Below are positions 1-10,437 of a DNA stretch of 64,000 nucleotides, piece after piece. A program made the translations under genes and the position numbers. The notes beneath the pieces are model-generated. The model searched no databases. It was not told where the DNA came from and saw only the letters and a list, made by a program, of their open reading frames with translations. Every line of letters begins with the position of its first letter. Position 1 is the stretch's first letter. Origin of the DNA: Candidatus Latescibacterota bacterium. Its GTDB lineage: Bacteria > Latescibacterota > UBA2968 > UBA8231. The stretch is taken from NCBI GenBank assembly GCA_965217585.1, contig OZ244561.1, positions 5,440,001-5,504,000 of the forward strand, read 5' to 3'.

Positions 1-894
1 GCCGGGGGGCTGCACGCCCAAGTCCCTCGGGCCGAGGCGGTCTTGGACACCGCGGCTGCTCGGGTCGGCGATCCCATCCGCCTGACGTTGACGCTCCACC
101 ACGATGCCACCGCGCGTCCCGAGGCCCCGGACCTGTCCCAGATACTCCGGGATTTTGCTCCCCGTTGCGCCGGCTGGCACCAGCGCGAGACCGAGGCAGG
201 CTTTGAACTATCGCAAGTATGCGAACTGCGTCTCTACGAGCTGGGGCGACACGAGGTGCCGGTCGTGCCCGTGCCCTTTGTCACCGTTGCGGGCGACACG
301 CTCCTGCGCGCGACCCAACCCCTAGCCATAGAGGTCATCAGCGCCCGGAGCGAAGGGGAGGACCAACTGCGCGACATCAAACCGCCCGTGCTCGTCAGCG
401 GGGGGGTGCCGTTGTGGGTGGTCGTAGTGATGGGACTGCTGGCGTTGGCGCTTTGCGCGCTCGGCGGCGTTTGGCTCTGGCGTCGTCGCACCCGCACCCC
501 AGAGCCTCCGCCCCCGCCCGAGCCGATAGACTACGCGGCTGAATTCGCGCGCATTGCCGAGAGCGGCCTGTTGGAGCGCGGTGAGTTCAAAACATACTAC
601 TCGCTGCTGGCGGAAAACCTGCGCCGCTTCTTGGAGCAGAGCTTGACCATTGAGGCGATGGAGCAGACCACGTCCGAGCTGGCGGACGCACTGCGGGAGG
701 TCGAGGTCGATGCCGCGCTTAGGCAGCGGATACTCGACTATTTGGGCGAGGCCGACTTGGTGAAGTTCGCCCGCTTCCATCCGGCGCTGGACGCGGCCCG
801 GTGCGCACCGGATGTCGGCCTCGCCCTATTGCGTGCTATTGAGGAGGCGGTCGCAGCCCGCGCTGCTGAGACTCATGCAGAACATCCGGTTTGA
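1..894 (+). CDS. Bat-operon membrane protein (BatD-like N-terminal domain, single TM, Pro-rich linker), 5' partial
   Basis: Frame is open from base 1. Contains LRDIKPP, then a TM helix, then PEPPPPP, typical of the gene preceding batA. Overlaps the batA start. Confidence 0.7.
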   Translation, partial: AGGLHAQVPRAEAVLDTAAARVGDPIRLTLTLHHDATARPEAPDLSQILRDFAPRCAGWHQRETEAGFELSQVCELRLYELGRHEVPVVPVPFVTVAGDTLLRATQPLAIEVISARSEGEDQLRDIKPPVLVSGGVPLWVVVVMGLLALALCALGGVWLWRRRTRTPEPPPPPEPIDYAAEFARIAESGLLERGEFKTYYSLLAENLRRFLEQSLTIEAMEQTTSELADALREVEVDAALRQRILDYLGEADLVKFARFHPALDAARCAPDVGLALLRAIEEAVAARAAETHAEHPV

Positions 895-1879
895 AAACCC
901 CGAGTGGCTGTTGTTGCTCTTGCTGTTGCCCGTCTTGCTCTACAGCTATGTGCGCGCGCACCGGGGCCGCCAGAGCAGCGTGCAGTTTTCCGACCTCGGC
1001 GTGTTGCGCCGCGCCACGGCGTCGCTGTGGACCAAGCTCCGGCACGGCCTCTTCGTCTTGAAGATACTCGGCTTGGGCTGCCTCATCGCGGCCATGGCCC
1101 GCCCGCAAGCCGGGCGCGAGGTGCGGGAAATATCGGGCGAGGGCATCGACATCATGCTGACCTTAGACATCTCGTCGAGCATGGAGCTGAACGACCTAGA
1201 CGAGGGCCAGAAGAATCGCTTACAGGTGGCCAAGGAAGTGGTGGCCGACTTTATCTCCGGCCGCCACAGCGACCGCATCGGCATGGTCGTCTTTGCCGGC
1301 GAGAGCTTCACCCAGTGCCCGCTGACCCTCGACTATCGAGTGCTGTTGGAGTTTCTCGAGGGCGTGGAAATCGCCGGTGAGGAGTGGGATGGCACCGCCA
1401 TTGGCATGGCGCTGATCAACGCTTGCAATCGCCTGCGCGACTCGGAGGCCGCAAGCCGGGTGATTATCCTACTGACCGATGGCGTGAACAACTCCGGTGA
1501 GGTTGAGCCGTTGACCGCGGCTGAGGTGGCCGCGGCCGTGGGCATCCGGGTCTATACCATTGGCGTGGGCAGCGACGGGGAGATTCGCCGGCCCGTGCGC
1601 GGGATTTTCGGCACCCGCTATCAGACCGTACAGGTGGAGATCGACGAGGAGACCTTACAGGAGGTGGCTGCGCGCACTGGCGGCCAGTACTTTCGGGCGA
1701 CCAGCGAGGAAAAGCTAGAGGCCATCTACCGCGAAATCGGCGAGTTAGAGGCGACCGAGATCAAATCCGCAATCCACCTGAACTACTCGGAGCGCTTCGC
1801 CTATTTTCTCTACATGGGCTTGGGCCTGCTGTTGGTGGAGATGCTGTTGGCCCATACCCGTTTCCGCTCTCTGCCCTAA
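875..1879 (+). CDS. batA: BatA VWA-domain protein
   Basis: RFENPEWLLLL N-terminus, MIDAS motif DISSSM, GTAIG, LLTDG. ATG at 875 chosen as start. Confidence 0.85.
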   Translation: MQNIRFENPEWLLLLLLLPVLLYSYVRAHRGRQSSVQFSDLGVLRRATASLWTKLRHGLFVLKILGLGCLIAAMARPQAGREVREISGEGIDIMLTLDISSSMELNDLDEGQKNRLQVAKEVVADFISGRHSDRIGMVVFAGESFTQCPLTLDYRVLLEFLEGVEIAGEEWDGTAIGMALINACNRLRDSEAASRVIILLTDGVNNSGEVEPLTAAEVAAAVGIRVYTIGVGSDGEIRRPVRGIFGTRYQTVQVEIDEETLQEVAARTGGQYFRATSEEKLEAIYREIGELEATEIKSAIHLNYSERFAYFLYMGLGLLLVEMLLAHTRFRSLP

Positions 1880-1885
1880 GTTTCT

Positions 1886-2911
1886 ATGCGCTTTGCGAAC
1901 TTGGACAATTTTTGGTTGCTGTTGCTGCTGCCCTTTATGGCGGCCTTTTTTGCCTGGGCGCTCTGGGCACGCCGCCGCGCCTTGGCGCATTTTGCCCGTA
2001 GCGCTCTGGCCGAGAAGCTGACCCGCAACCTGAGCCGGGGCCGCCAGATGGGCAAGTACGTCCTCTTGGGGCTGGGGACCTTCTTTGCGATCCTCGCGTT
2101 GACCGGCCCCCAATTCGGCACCCAACTCGAAATGGCCCAGCACAAGGGCGTGGACGTGATGCTGGTGCTCGACGTGTCGCGCAGCATGCAGGCCGAGGAC
2201 GTCAAGCCGAGCCGCTTGGCGCGGGCTAAATACCAAATTCGCAGCCTCTTGGACTTGCTTAGGGGCGACCGGGTCGGGCTGGTGGTCTTTGCTGGTCAGG
2301 CCTTTGTCCAATGTCCGCTGACGACCGACTACGGGGCCGTGGAACTGTTTCTCGACGTGCTGGACGCCGGGGTTGTACCCGTTCAGGGGACGGCCATTGG
2401 CGACGCTGTGCGGCTGGCCACGCGCTCGTTTGAGGAAGGCGAGGGCCAGCACAAAGCCATTGTCCTCTTCACCGATGGCGAGGATCACATTGGGCAGCCG
2501 CTGGCAGCGGCGCAGGCGGCCGCCGGACAGGGCGTGCGCATTTTTGCCGTGGGGCTGGGGACGCCCGACGGCGAACTCATTCCCACCGAAGAGGAGGATG
2601 GAGGTGTGAGCTTCCACAAAGACAAGCGCGGCCAATACGTCAAAACCCGGCTCGACGAGAGCACCTTGCAGGACATGGTGCTGGAGACGGGGGGCGATTA
2701 CTTTCGCAGCACTTTGGGAGGCGCGGAGTTAGCAGCCTTATACGACCAGATCGCCGAGATGGATCAGCGCGAAATCGGCTCGACTCGCCTCACCCGCTAT
2801 CAGGAGCGCTTCCAATGGCCCCTATTGTTGGCCCTTTGCTGTTTCTTTGCCGAGGCTTTCTTAGGCGATGCGCGGGTGCAGGCCCGCGAGTGGAAGGGGC
2901 GGTTCGCCTAA
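1886..2911 (+). CDS. batB: BatB VWA-domain protein
   Basis: DVSRSM MIDAS, PSRL, PLTTDY, TDGEDH. Directly follows batA. Confidence 0.85.
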   Translation: MRFANLDNFWLLLLLPFMAAFFAWALWARRRALAHFARSALAEKLTRNLSRGRQMGKYVLLGLGTFFAILALTGPQFGTQLEMAQHKGVDVMLVLDVSRSMQAEDVKPSRLARAKYQIRSLLDLLRGDRVGLVVFAGQAFVQCPLTTDYGAVELFLDVLDAGVVPVQGTAIGDAVRLATRSFEEGEGQHKAIVLFTDGEDHIGQPLAAAQAAAGQGVRIFAVGLGTPDGELIPTEEEDGGVSFHKDKRGQYVKTRLDESTLQDMVLETGGDYFRSTLGGAELAALYDQIAEMDQREIGSTRLTRYQERFQWPLLLALCCFFAEAFLGDARVQAREWKGRFA

Positions 2912-3642
2912 TGAGTACACTATGGGTCGTCTTGGGGATCTGGCTGATCGTCTGCGGAGCGACCGTGGGCGATCCCGTGGCCAGCAAGAGCGCCGAGGCT
3001 TTGGAGCACTACCTGCGCGGCGAGTACGAGCAGGCCCTGCAACTCTACCGCGACGCTCTCCTCGACCGGCCCGACGCGCCCGAGCTGCACTTTAACGTCG
3101 GGGACGCGCTTTTTAAGCGCGGTGAATACGACCAAGCTCTGCGGGAATTCGAGCGGGTGCTCAATGCCGAGGAGAAAAAAATCCAGGCGCAGGCCCATTA
3201 CAACATGGGCAATAGCTTCTTTCAGCAGCAGGCGTTTGAACAGGCCGTCGCCGCCTACAAGCAGGCGCTGGAGCTAGACGCCGCCGATGAGGATGCAAAG
3301 GTGAACTTGGAGCTGGCGCTGGAGAAATTGCAGCAGCAGCAACAGCAGCAGCAACAGGACGATTCGGAACAAGACCAACAGCAGCAACAGCAGCAACAAA
3401 ATCAACAGGAACAGCAGGACGATTCAGAGCAGGATCAACAGGACCAACAGCAGCAACAAAATCAACAGGATCAACAGCAGGATTCAGAGCAAGACCAACA
3501 GCAGCAGGAGCAGCCCGCCGAGCAGCAGTCCATTAGTCCCGAAGAAGCTCAGCAGCTTATGGATGCCCTCAAAAACCGCGAGCTGGAAGCCCAGCAGCGC
3601 CGGTTTCGCGCCACCGGCAAAGCGCAGGCCAGGGACTGGTGA
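2911..3642 (+). CDS. batC: BatC-like TPR protein with Gln-rich linker
   Basis: TPR motifs (HFNVGDALFK, HYNMGNSFF), poly-Q linker and C-terminal RDW. ATG overlaps the batB stop. Confidence 0.8.
   Translation: MSTLWVVLGIWLIVCGATVGDPVASKSAEALEHYLRGEYEQALQLYRDALLDRPDAPELHFNVGDALFKRGEYDQALREFERVLNAEEKKIQAQAHYNMGNSFFQQQAFEQAVAAYKQALELDAADEDAKVNLELALEKLQQQQQQQQQDDSEQDQQQQQQQQNQQEQQDDSEQDQQDQQQQQNQQDQQQDSEQDQQQQEQPAEQQSISPEEAQQLMDALKNRELEAQQRRFRATGKAQARDW
3358..3510 (+). repeat. 60-bp coding tandem repeat (~2.5 copies, unit DDSEQDQQ...NQQ)
   Basis: gattc(g/a)ga(a/g)ca recurs at 3361, 3421 and 3481. Confidence 0.85.
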
Positions 3643-5420
3643 GCGCGCGTCTGACTATCCCGCTAGTACTCTGGGTGTTTGCGGCATCCGGCGTTGCGGC
3701 GGCGACGATTCAGTTTGAGGCGTCCGTCGATCGCACGCGTGCTAGTCAGGGCGAGCCGATTCGCCTGACGCTTCGCATCGTTTCCGACGAGCAATTGGGC
3801 CAGGTGACGCCAGCGTTCGACCTAAAGGATTTCCACGTTGAGGGGCCCGCGACTAGCACGCGGATGGAGATGAGCAACTTCTCCAACGTCAGCTTCACCC
3901 GCGAGTTAACGTACGTCCTCTATGCCAAGCAGGCTGGTACCTTCACAATCGGCCCGCTCCAGCTGGAGATGGGCGACGAGCGCTATGAGACCAAGCCCAT
4001 TACCGTCGAGATCGTCCGCGGTGATAGCCGTTCGCAAGCAGGCCAGGCAGACGACCCCCCCATATTCGTATTAGCGCGCGCCGACCACGAGCAAGCGTAT
4101 GTGGGGCAGCAGGTCACCGTATCCTACGACCTGTTCTACCGCATCCAACCGCACAACGTCAGCTTCAACAAGCTGCCGACCTTTGTCGGGTTCTGGACCG
4201 AAGATATCTTTGTCGCCCAACAGCTAGATTCGCATCAGGAGATGCGCGGCGGCGTGTCCTTCAACGTCGCGCCGCTGCGGCGCGTGGCCCTTTTTCCCAC
4301 CGGCGCGGGAACCCACGCCGTCGGTACGTTGGCCGTTTCCTGTGACATTCCCCAACAGCGCTCGCGTCGCGGCGGCGTGCTCGACGACTTCTTCGCCGGC
4401 GATCCGTTTTTTGGTCGCTCGCGCTCGGTGCTGCTGCAAAGCGAGGAACTGCAAGTAGAGGTTCTACCGCTGCCCGAGCAGGGCCGTCCCGCGGAATTTA
4501 CCGGCGCGGTGGGGCGCTTCCAACTCAGCGTCGAGGCTCAGCCGACCCAAATTGCGGTCGGGGACCCGGTGACGCTGCGAGTGCTGGTCGAGGGGGAGGG
4601 CAACATGGCCGCGGTGCAGCCTCTGCAAGTCGATGCCGCCGCTGGCGTCAAGCTCTACGATCCCAAGGTCGAGGAAGAAGAGCGAATCACCAACGGCGTG
4701 TACGGGGGCCGCCGCCTCTTCGAGTACATCTTGATTCCCGAGCAGGGCGGCACCCTAAACATCCCGCCGTTGCGCTTTGCGTACTTCGACCCACACCAAG
4801 CGCGCTACGAAGTCCTCAAATCCGCTCCCATCACCATTCACAGCGAGGGGAGCGTCGAGGAGGAAGGGGTGAACTACGGGTTGAGCCGGCGCGACATCGA
4901 GGCCGTAGGGGAGGACATTCGCTACATCAAGCCCGACGTCGAAGCCCTCGGCGCGGCCTCCATGTTATACAACAGCTATTGGTTTTGGACCTTGCAGGGC
5001 GCGCTGCCCCTCGCCTTCTTTGCCCTGCTTTTGTGGCAACGTCACCAGCGGCGCTTGCAGGGCGATGTTGCGTATGCGCGCCAGCGCCGGGCCAAAGGCG
5101 AGGCTGGACGCCACCTAGCCCGCGCCGATGCCTTGCTCGCGGCTGGCACCGAGGCCGAGTTTTACGGCGAGGTCCGCGCCGCGGTGCTGGAGTTCGTGGC
5201 CGACCGCCTCAACCTCGCCGCCGCCGGCCTGACCATTGAGGTCTGTACCGAGGCCCTGACGGCGCGCCAAGTGGATGCCGAGACGATTGCTGCGTTGCGC
5301 GACCTGCTGACGCGCTGCGACTTTGCGCGCTTTGCGCCCGCGGGCGGCCCGCCGACGGATCGGGTTGCGGCGCAGCGCTTGGCCGGGGAGGTGATCGCGG
5401 GTTTGGAGAAGCGGATATGA
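3639..5420 (+). CDS. batD: BatD protein
   Basis: Signal peptide, FTGAVG, GEGN, YFDP and DIRYIK motifs, C-terminal TM. Position in the operon fits. Confidence 0.85.
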   Translation: MSARLTIPLVLWVFAASGVAAATIQFEASVDRTRASQGEPIRLTLRIVSDEQLGQVTPAFDLKDFHVEGPATSTRMEMSNFSNVSFTRELTYVLYAKQAGTFTIGPLQLEMGDERYETKPITVEIVRGDSRSQAGQADDPPIFVLARADHEQAYVGQQVTVSYDLFYRIQPHNVSFNKLPTFVGFWTEDIFVAQQLDSHQEMRGGVSFNVAPLRRVALFPTGAGTHAVGTLAVSCDIPQQRSRRGGVLDDFFAGDPFFGRSRSVLLQSEELQVEVLPLPEQGRPAEFTGAVGRFQLSVEAQPTQIAVGDPVTLRVLVEGEGNMAAVQPLQVDAAAGVKLYDPKVEEEERITNGVYGGRRLFEYILIPEQGGTLNIPPLRFAYFDPHQARYEVLKSAPITIHSEGSVEEEGVNYGLSRRDIEAVGEDIRYIKPDVEALGAASMLYNSYWFWTLQGALPLAFFALLLWQRHQRRLQGDVAYARQRRAKGEAGRHLARADALLAAGTEAEFYGEVRAAVLEFVADRLNLAAAGLTIEVCTEALTARQVDAETIAALRDLLTRCDFARFAPAGGPPTDRVAAQRLAGEVIAGLEKRI

Positions 5421-6172
5421 TGCGCACACTGGCGCTGTTGCTTCTGTTGGGTACCCAACAACTCCATGCTGGAGCCGCGGCTGGTCAGTACAACGAGGCC
5501 AACGCGCTCTATCGGGACGGGGATTTTGCGGCGGCGCGGCGCAGCTACTTGGAGGTGGTGGACGCTGGGGTGCAAGACGCTCGGCTCTACTATAACCTAG
5601 GCAATGCCTGCTTCAAGTCCGGGAAGCTGGGCGCGGCGATTCTCTGGTACGAGCGGGCGCGGCGTTTGCTGCCGCACGACGAGGACATCGAGGCCAATCT
5701 GCGCTTCGCCAACCTCGTGAAGCAGGACCGCGACCCGCAAGCCGAGGCTGGCCTCAGCGCGCTGGTAGCCGCGCTGGTGGCCGCCTATTTTTGGCCTACG
5801 TTCAACCAGCTCAGCCTGTTGTTCGCCGTGGCGTTTTTCGCGGTCTTTGTCTTGGGGGTGCGCTGGTTGTTTGCGCAGACGCGCCCCGGAGCGCTGTGGC
5901 TAGCTGGGGTTTTGCTCTGTGCGGGGCTGAGCGTTGGATCCGCGCTCTGGTTGGGGACGCGCCTGCGCCATCAGGCGCAGACGAGCGAAGCCATCGTCAC
6001 AGTTGCCGCGGCGCACGCGCGCTCCGGCCCCGACCTCGGGCAGACGGAGGTTTTTGTCGCGCACGAGGGTACCAAGGTGCGCTTGGTGCGGCAGGAAGGG
6101 GGGTGGATGCTGGTGCGGCTGGCCAATGGCCTCGGCGGATGGATGCCAGCGGAAGCCCTGACGCGGATCTGA
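5417..6172 (+). CDS. batE: BatE (TPR + TM + SH3b)
   Basis: YYNLGNA TPR, AILWYERA, HEGTKV...GW SH3-like tail. Confidence 0.85.
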   Translation: MMRTLALLLLLGTQQLHAGAAAGQYNEANALYRDGDFAAARRSYLEVVDAGVQDARLYYNLGNACFKSGKLGAAILWYERARRLLPHDEDIEANLRFANLVKQDRDPQAEAGLSALVAALVAAYFWPTFNQLSLLFAVAFFAVFVLGVRWLFAQTRPGALWLAGVLLCAGLSVGSALWLGTRLRHQAQTSEAIVTVAAAHARSGPDLGQTEVFVAHEGTKVRLVRQEGGWMLVRLANGLGGWMPAEALTRI

Positions 6173-6227
6173 ACCGAACACGCAACTCTTTCGCGTATAT
6201 CAAACCACAACCAAAAAAGGATAAGCC

Positions 6228-7283
6228 ATGAGCACGCTCAAAGTAGGTATCGTCGGCGTTGGCGGAATCTCCCGCACGCACATTCCCGGCTGGGAGGCTT
6301 CTAGCGAGGCCGAGCTAGTCGCTGGCAGCGACATTAGCGAGGATGCGCTGCAGCGCTTTGGCGCAGAAAACGGGGTCACCAAGCTGCACACCGACCCCGA
6401 GGCGCTGTTCAGCGATCCCGACATCGACATTATCGACATCTGCACGCCCAACATGTATCACGCCCCGTTGGCCATTGCCGCGCTGTCGGCTGGCAAGCAC
6501 GTGATCTGCGAAAAGCCTTTGGCTCCCAGGCCCGAGGATGTTCTCCAAATGATCGCGGCGCGCGATGCCTCGGGCAAGGAGCTGATGACGGCGCAGCACG
6601 TTCGCTTTCAGGGCTCGTCCCGCGCGCTGAAGGCCGAAATAGACACGGGCGCGCTCGGCGACATCTACCACGCCCGCAGTTGGATGCTGCGCCGGGCCGG
6701 TGCGCCGGTCAGCGGCGGGTTTATTCTTAAGGAGCACAGCGGCGGTGGCCCCTGCATCGACATTGGGGTCCATATCCTCGACCTGACCTTGTGGTTTATG
6801 GGGCATCCCGAGCCAGTGGCTGTTTCGGGCGTGGCGCGCGCTGAATTGGCGCACCAAGAAGGGGCTTTCAGTCAATGGGGCCGCCAGCCGATCCCATCTC
6901 ACTACGATGTCGAGGATTTTGCCGCGGCCTTTGTGCGCTTTGACAACGGCGCAATACTGATCTTAGAGGTGAGCTGGCTTTTGCACCACCCGGTCCAAGG
7001 CGAGGCCATGCAGATGTGGCTCTACGGCACCCGAGGCGGCGCGCATTGGCCCCAGTGCTCGATTTGCGAGAGCAACAACCAGACTCGCCAGCAGTACGAC
7101 CGCAAGCTCATGCTGATGTACGACGGCCTCGAAGCCCACGCGCAGGAATGCGTGGAGTTCGCCGCGGCGATTGCCCAGGGGCGGCCCTCGCCGGTGCCGC
7201 CTGAACAATCCTTACAGGTGATGAAAATCCTCGATGGGATCTATCGGAGCCAAGAGGCGGGCGGGGAGATACGGCTGGACTGA
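6228..7283 (+). CDS. Gfo/Idh/MocA family oxidoreductase
   Basis: GIVGVGGI Rossmann motif, CEKP, GGGPCIDIGVH. Confidence 0.9.
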   Translation: MSTLKVGIVGVGGISRTHIPGWEASSEAELVAGSDISEDALQRFGAENGVTKLHTDPEALFSDPDIDIIDICTPNMYHAPLAIAALSAGKHVICEKPLAPRPEDVLQMIAARDASGKELMTAQHVRFQGSSRALKAEIDTGALGDIYHARSWMLRRAGAPVSGGFILKEHSGGGPCIDIGVHILDLTLWFMGHPEPVAVSGVARAELAHQEGAFSQWGRQPIPSHYDVEDFAAAFVRFDNGAILILEVSWLLHHPVQGEAMQMWLYGTRGGAHWPQCSICESNNQTRQQYDRKLMLMYDGLEAHAQECVEFAAAIAQGRPSPVPPEQSLQVMKILDGIYRSQEAGGEIRLD

Positions 7284-7417
7284 GGAGAAGCTGACGGCTA
7301 GGAGGGAAATCGGATAAACGCATCCACCTTGGCGACGGTTGAAGCAGTTCGAGCAGTTCGCGTATATTGTCGCAAGATGAAGGAACGGACGAAGTACCCT
7401 AGTGAAAGGGGAATGCA

Positions 7418-8527
7418 ATGAGCCTCAAAATTGAGAGCATAACGCTGGAGCGATTCCGCGTATTCCGCGAGTTGACCATCCGCGGCTTGGGGCGCGTGAA
7501 CCTGATTACAGGAAAGAACAGCGCCGGAAAATCATCTGTTCTTGAAGGGCTGCGTCTTCTGGCAAGCAGTGCCACGTCTGACGTGATTTACGACATACTC
7601 AGACACCGTGAAGAAAATATCGAGGAAGCAAAGGAAGAAGGGCACCCCGCCGACCCCGATAGCTTGTTTCAGGTCTCTGGGCTGTTCCACGGATTTCCCT
7701 TGCTTTCAGAGGACCCTGAGCCGATTGCCATTTCAACTAGTGGTAGGTTGAGCCCAATGAGTATGAGAATACGCTTGGATTGGCTATCAGAGCAACTCGA
7801 CTCGGACGGAGAATATCGGTTGCTCCCTCTTGGTAAACTAGAACCAGACGGTATAGCTGCTTTGATCGTCAAGACACAAGACACAACAAAAATCCATCCA
7901 CTTGAGCGTTTTAGATATCCTTATTCAATGCGCAGGGGTCTTTTTGAACCATCTAACGAAACCCGGATGTCCTGTATCTTCATCAGCCCTTACGGCGGCG
8001 GCGGCACAGGAATGTTGGGGCCATTGTGGGATAAAATCGCGCTATCTGACGGGGAGAAGGATGTCGTTGAAGCGTTGCGCATAATCAACCCTCAGATCTC
8101 TGCCGTTTCCATGGTTGGCAGTACTCGCAGAAAGCCTACCGCCATTGTACGCACAGATAATATCGAGCGACCTGTTCCACTGCGCTCGTTTGGCGATGGA
8201 TTGAATCGGCTATTTGGAATCATTCTCTCGCTTGTCAACGCTCGCGGAGGACTTTTGCTGGTGGACGAATTTGAAAATGGTCTGCATCACACCGTGCAGT
8301 TGGATGTGTGGCGCACGATATTCCGATTGGCGCAAACGCTCGATATTCAAGTTTTCGCTACGTCTCATAGTTGGGACGCGGTCGAGGCGTTTCAGGAAGC
8401 GGCGGCCGAAGCGCCTGAAGAAGGGGTGCTTATACGCTTGGCCCGCAGGGGTGAGGACATTATTCCCACTGTGCTATCAGAAGACGAACTTGCCATAGCA
8501 ACTCGTGACCAAATCGAGGTGCGCTGA
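7418..8527 (+). CDS. ABC/AAA_15-type ATPase (AbiEii/OLD-like)
   Basis: Walker A GKNSAGKS, signature SFGDG, Walker B LLVDEFENGLH, TSHS. Lower GC than the flanks. Confidence 0.85.
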   Translation: MSLKIESITLERFRVFRELTIRGLGRVNLITGKNSAGKSSVLEGLRLLASSATSDVIYDILRHREENIEEAKEEGHPADPDSLFQVSGLFHGFPLLSEDPEPIAISTSGRLSPMSMRIRLDWLSEQLDSDGEYRLLPLGKLEPDGIAALIVKTQDTTKIHPLERFRYPYSMRRGLFEPSNETRMSCIFISPYGGGGTGMLGPLWDKIALSDGEKDVVEALRIINPQISAVSMVGSTRRKPTAIVRTDNIERPVPLRSFGDGLNRLFGIILSLVNARGGLLLVDEFENGLHHTVQLDVWRTIFRLAQTLDIQVFATSHSWDAVEAFQEAAAEAPEEGVLIRLARRGEDIIPTVLSEDELAIATRDQIEVR

Positions 8528-8528
8528 T

Positions 8529-9179
8529 ATGGCAAATGGGAGGAAAATCCTCTTGGTGGAGGGCACTGACGATAAGCACGTCCTAAAGCATATCTGTGGA
8601 AATCGAGACATTCCTCACCTCGACGAAGTGGAGAACTGTGGCAGTGTCGAAAAACTCATTGAGAATCTTGGGGTTCGACTCCCATTATTGATCCAGGAAG
8701 GCGACGCTATTGGGGTAGTCATTGATGCCGATACGGACATAAGCGCCCGTTGGCAGTCGATACGAGATCGAATCACCGATTTCGGATACCAAAATGTGCC
8801 TGATCAACCAGACCCGGACGGAACGATCCTCGATCCTCCGGCAGGAAGTTATCTACCGCGATTGGGCGTCTGGATTATGCCAGATAACCAGACAAGTGGA
8901 ATCTTGGAGGATTTCCTGCGCTTCCTCGTTCCGCAACCCAATATTCTTTTTGACCATGCTAAGGCCAGTGTGGCAGCTATCCCTGAAGGCGAGAGGCGTT
9001 TCAAACCACTAGACGAGCCAAAGGCGGTCATCCATACTTGGCTTGCTTGGCAAAAAGACCCAGGACTGCCTTTCGGAACGGCCATTACCGCCCGCTTCCT
9101 TGATCCCAGTGTTACAGAAGTAGATGTTCTCGTTGCTTGGTTGAAGCGGTTGTTCTTTCCCAACAGCCAAAGCTCTTAA
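8529..9179 (+). CDS. DUF3226 (TOPRIM-like) partner protein
   Basis: LLVEGTDD, VIDAD, WIMPDN..G.LEDF and KA.IH.WLAWQ..PG motifs. Confidence 0.75.
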   Translation: MANGRKILLVEGTDDKHVLKHICGNRDIPHLDEVENCGSVEKLIENLGVRLPLLIQEGDAIGVVIDADTDISARWQSIRDRITDFGYQNVPDQPDPDGTILDPPAGSYLPRLGVWIMPDNQTSGILEDFLRFLVPQPNILFDHAKASVAAIPEGERRFKPLDEPKAVIHTWLAWQKDPGLPFGTAITARFLDPSVTEVDVLVAWLKRLFFPNSQSS

Positions 9180-9204
9180 CTACTGGAGATTGTGAAGATA
9201 GGAT

Positions 9205-10437
9205 ATGCTCATTCGTCGTATCAAACAGACCAACCTGCTCTCATTCGGCCCCGACTCCGGAGGACTCGAACTCAAGCGACTAAATGTATTAATCGGCCCC
9301 AATGGTTCGGGGAAGTCCAATCTTCTAGAGAGCATCGATATCCTCCGGTCGGCTCCGCGAGATTTGGCCGCACCTATCCGCGAGGGCGGAGGCATCCATG
9401 ATTGGATCTGGCGAGGAAAACCGGAAGGTACTGGTACTGCCCGCATCGAGGCCATTGTGGAAAACCCGCAAGGACCGCAGGCGTTGCGATATCGGCTGGG
9501 TTTTGCCGAACGCGGCCAGCGATTTGAGCTGATCGAAGAGCGGATAGAGAACGAACAGAGTTATGCAGAACATGAGGAGCCGTATATCTATTATGATCAG
9601 ACGGACGGACGGGCGTTTCTCACTTTTAAGGATGAGGATGACTTGAGTCCGGAGATACTGGCTACCGTAAAGGCGAAGTTCCCTCATGTTCGTCTTCGGC
9701 TGGGCCGGTACGACTTGCGTCCCGAGGAGATTAAACCGGACCAGTCCATTCTGTCCCAACGCAAAGATCCCGACCTCCCCGAACTGACGTACCTCGGCGA
9801 GGCCCTGAGCCGCATTCGCATTTATCGCGAGTGGTCGCTTGGGCGCGATTCCCCACTGCGTTTGCCACAGAAGCCCGATCTCCCCAACGATTTTCTGCAA
9901 GAGGACGGGAAAAACCTAGCCTTGGTGTTAAACAGCTTCCAAGGTAAGCCAGCGGTAAAGCGGCGTCTGCTGGACGCTTTAAGCAAATTCTACGAAGGCA
10001 TAACCGATTTCCACGTCAAGATTGAAGGCAGTACGGTCCAACTGTTCTTAGAGGAAGGCGACGTGGTCATACCGGCGACGCGTCTTTCAGATGGTACGCT
10101 GCGGTACCTCTGTTTGCTCGCCGTTCTCTGTCACCCGCAGCCGCCGCCTCTCATCTGTATCGAGGAACCCGAACTGGGCCTGCACCCGGATATATTGCCG
10201 ACGGTGAGCAAGTTGTTGCTCGAAGCGTCCGAACGCAGCCAGTTGATTGTAACGACCCATTCGGACATGCTCGTCGATGCCCTGACCAATGAATGGTGGA
10301 GTATTGTAGTTTGTGAAAAGCGCGACGGGCAGACTGTGATGCGCCGTCTCGATGAAGAGAAAATGGCCGCTTGGTTGGAGAACTACCGGCTCGGTGAACT
10401 CTGGAGCAGTGGTGAGATCGGGGGGAATCCTTGGTGA
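9205..10437 (+). CDS. AAA_21 ABC-type ATPase
   Basis: GPNGSGKS, LSDGTL, IEEPELGLHP, TTHS, and C-terminal LGELW..GEIGG. Confidence 0.9.
   Translation: MLIRRIKQTNLLSFGPDSGGLELKRLNVLIGPNGSGKSNLLESIDILRSAPRDLAAPIREGGGIHDWIWRGKPEGTGTARIEAIVENPQGPQALRYRLGFAERGQRFELIEERIENEQSYAEHEEPYIYYDQTDGRAFLTFKDEDDLSPEILATVKAKFPHVRLRLGRYDLRPEEIKPDQSILSQRKDPDLPELTYLGEALSRIRIYREWSLGRDSPLRLPQKPDLPNDFLQEDGKNLALVLNSFQGKPAVKRRLLDALSKFYEGITDFHVKIEGSTVQLFLEEGDVVIPATRLSDGTLRYLCLLAVLCHPQPPPLICIEEPELGLHPDILPTVSKLLLEASERSQLIVTTHSDMLVDALTNEWWSIVVCEKRDGQTVMRRLDEEKMAAWLENYRLGELWSSGEIGGNPW

Noticed and set aside
1745-2635. Long antisense or alternate-frame ORFs (also 20329-21234, 27431-28354, 56578-57417, 61933-62850)
   Set aside because: Shadows of well-supported genes, expected in high-GC DNA.
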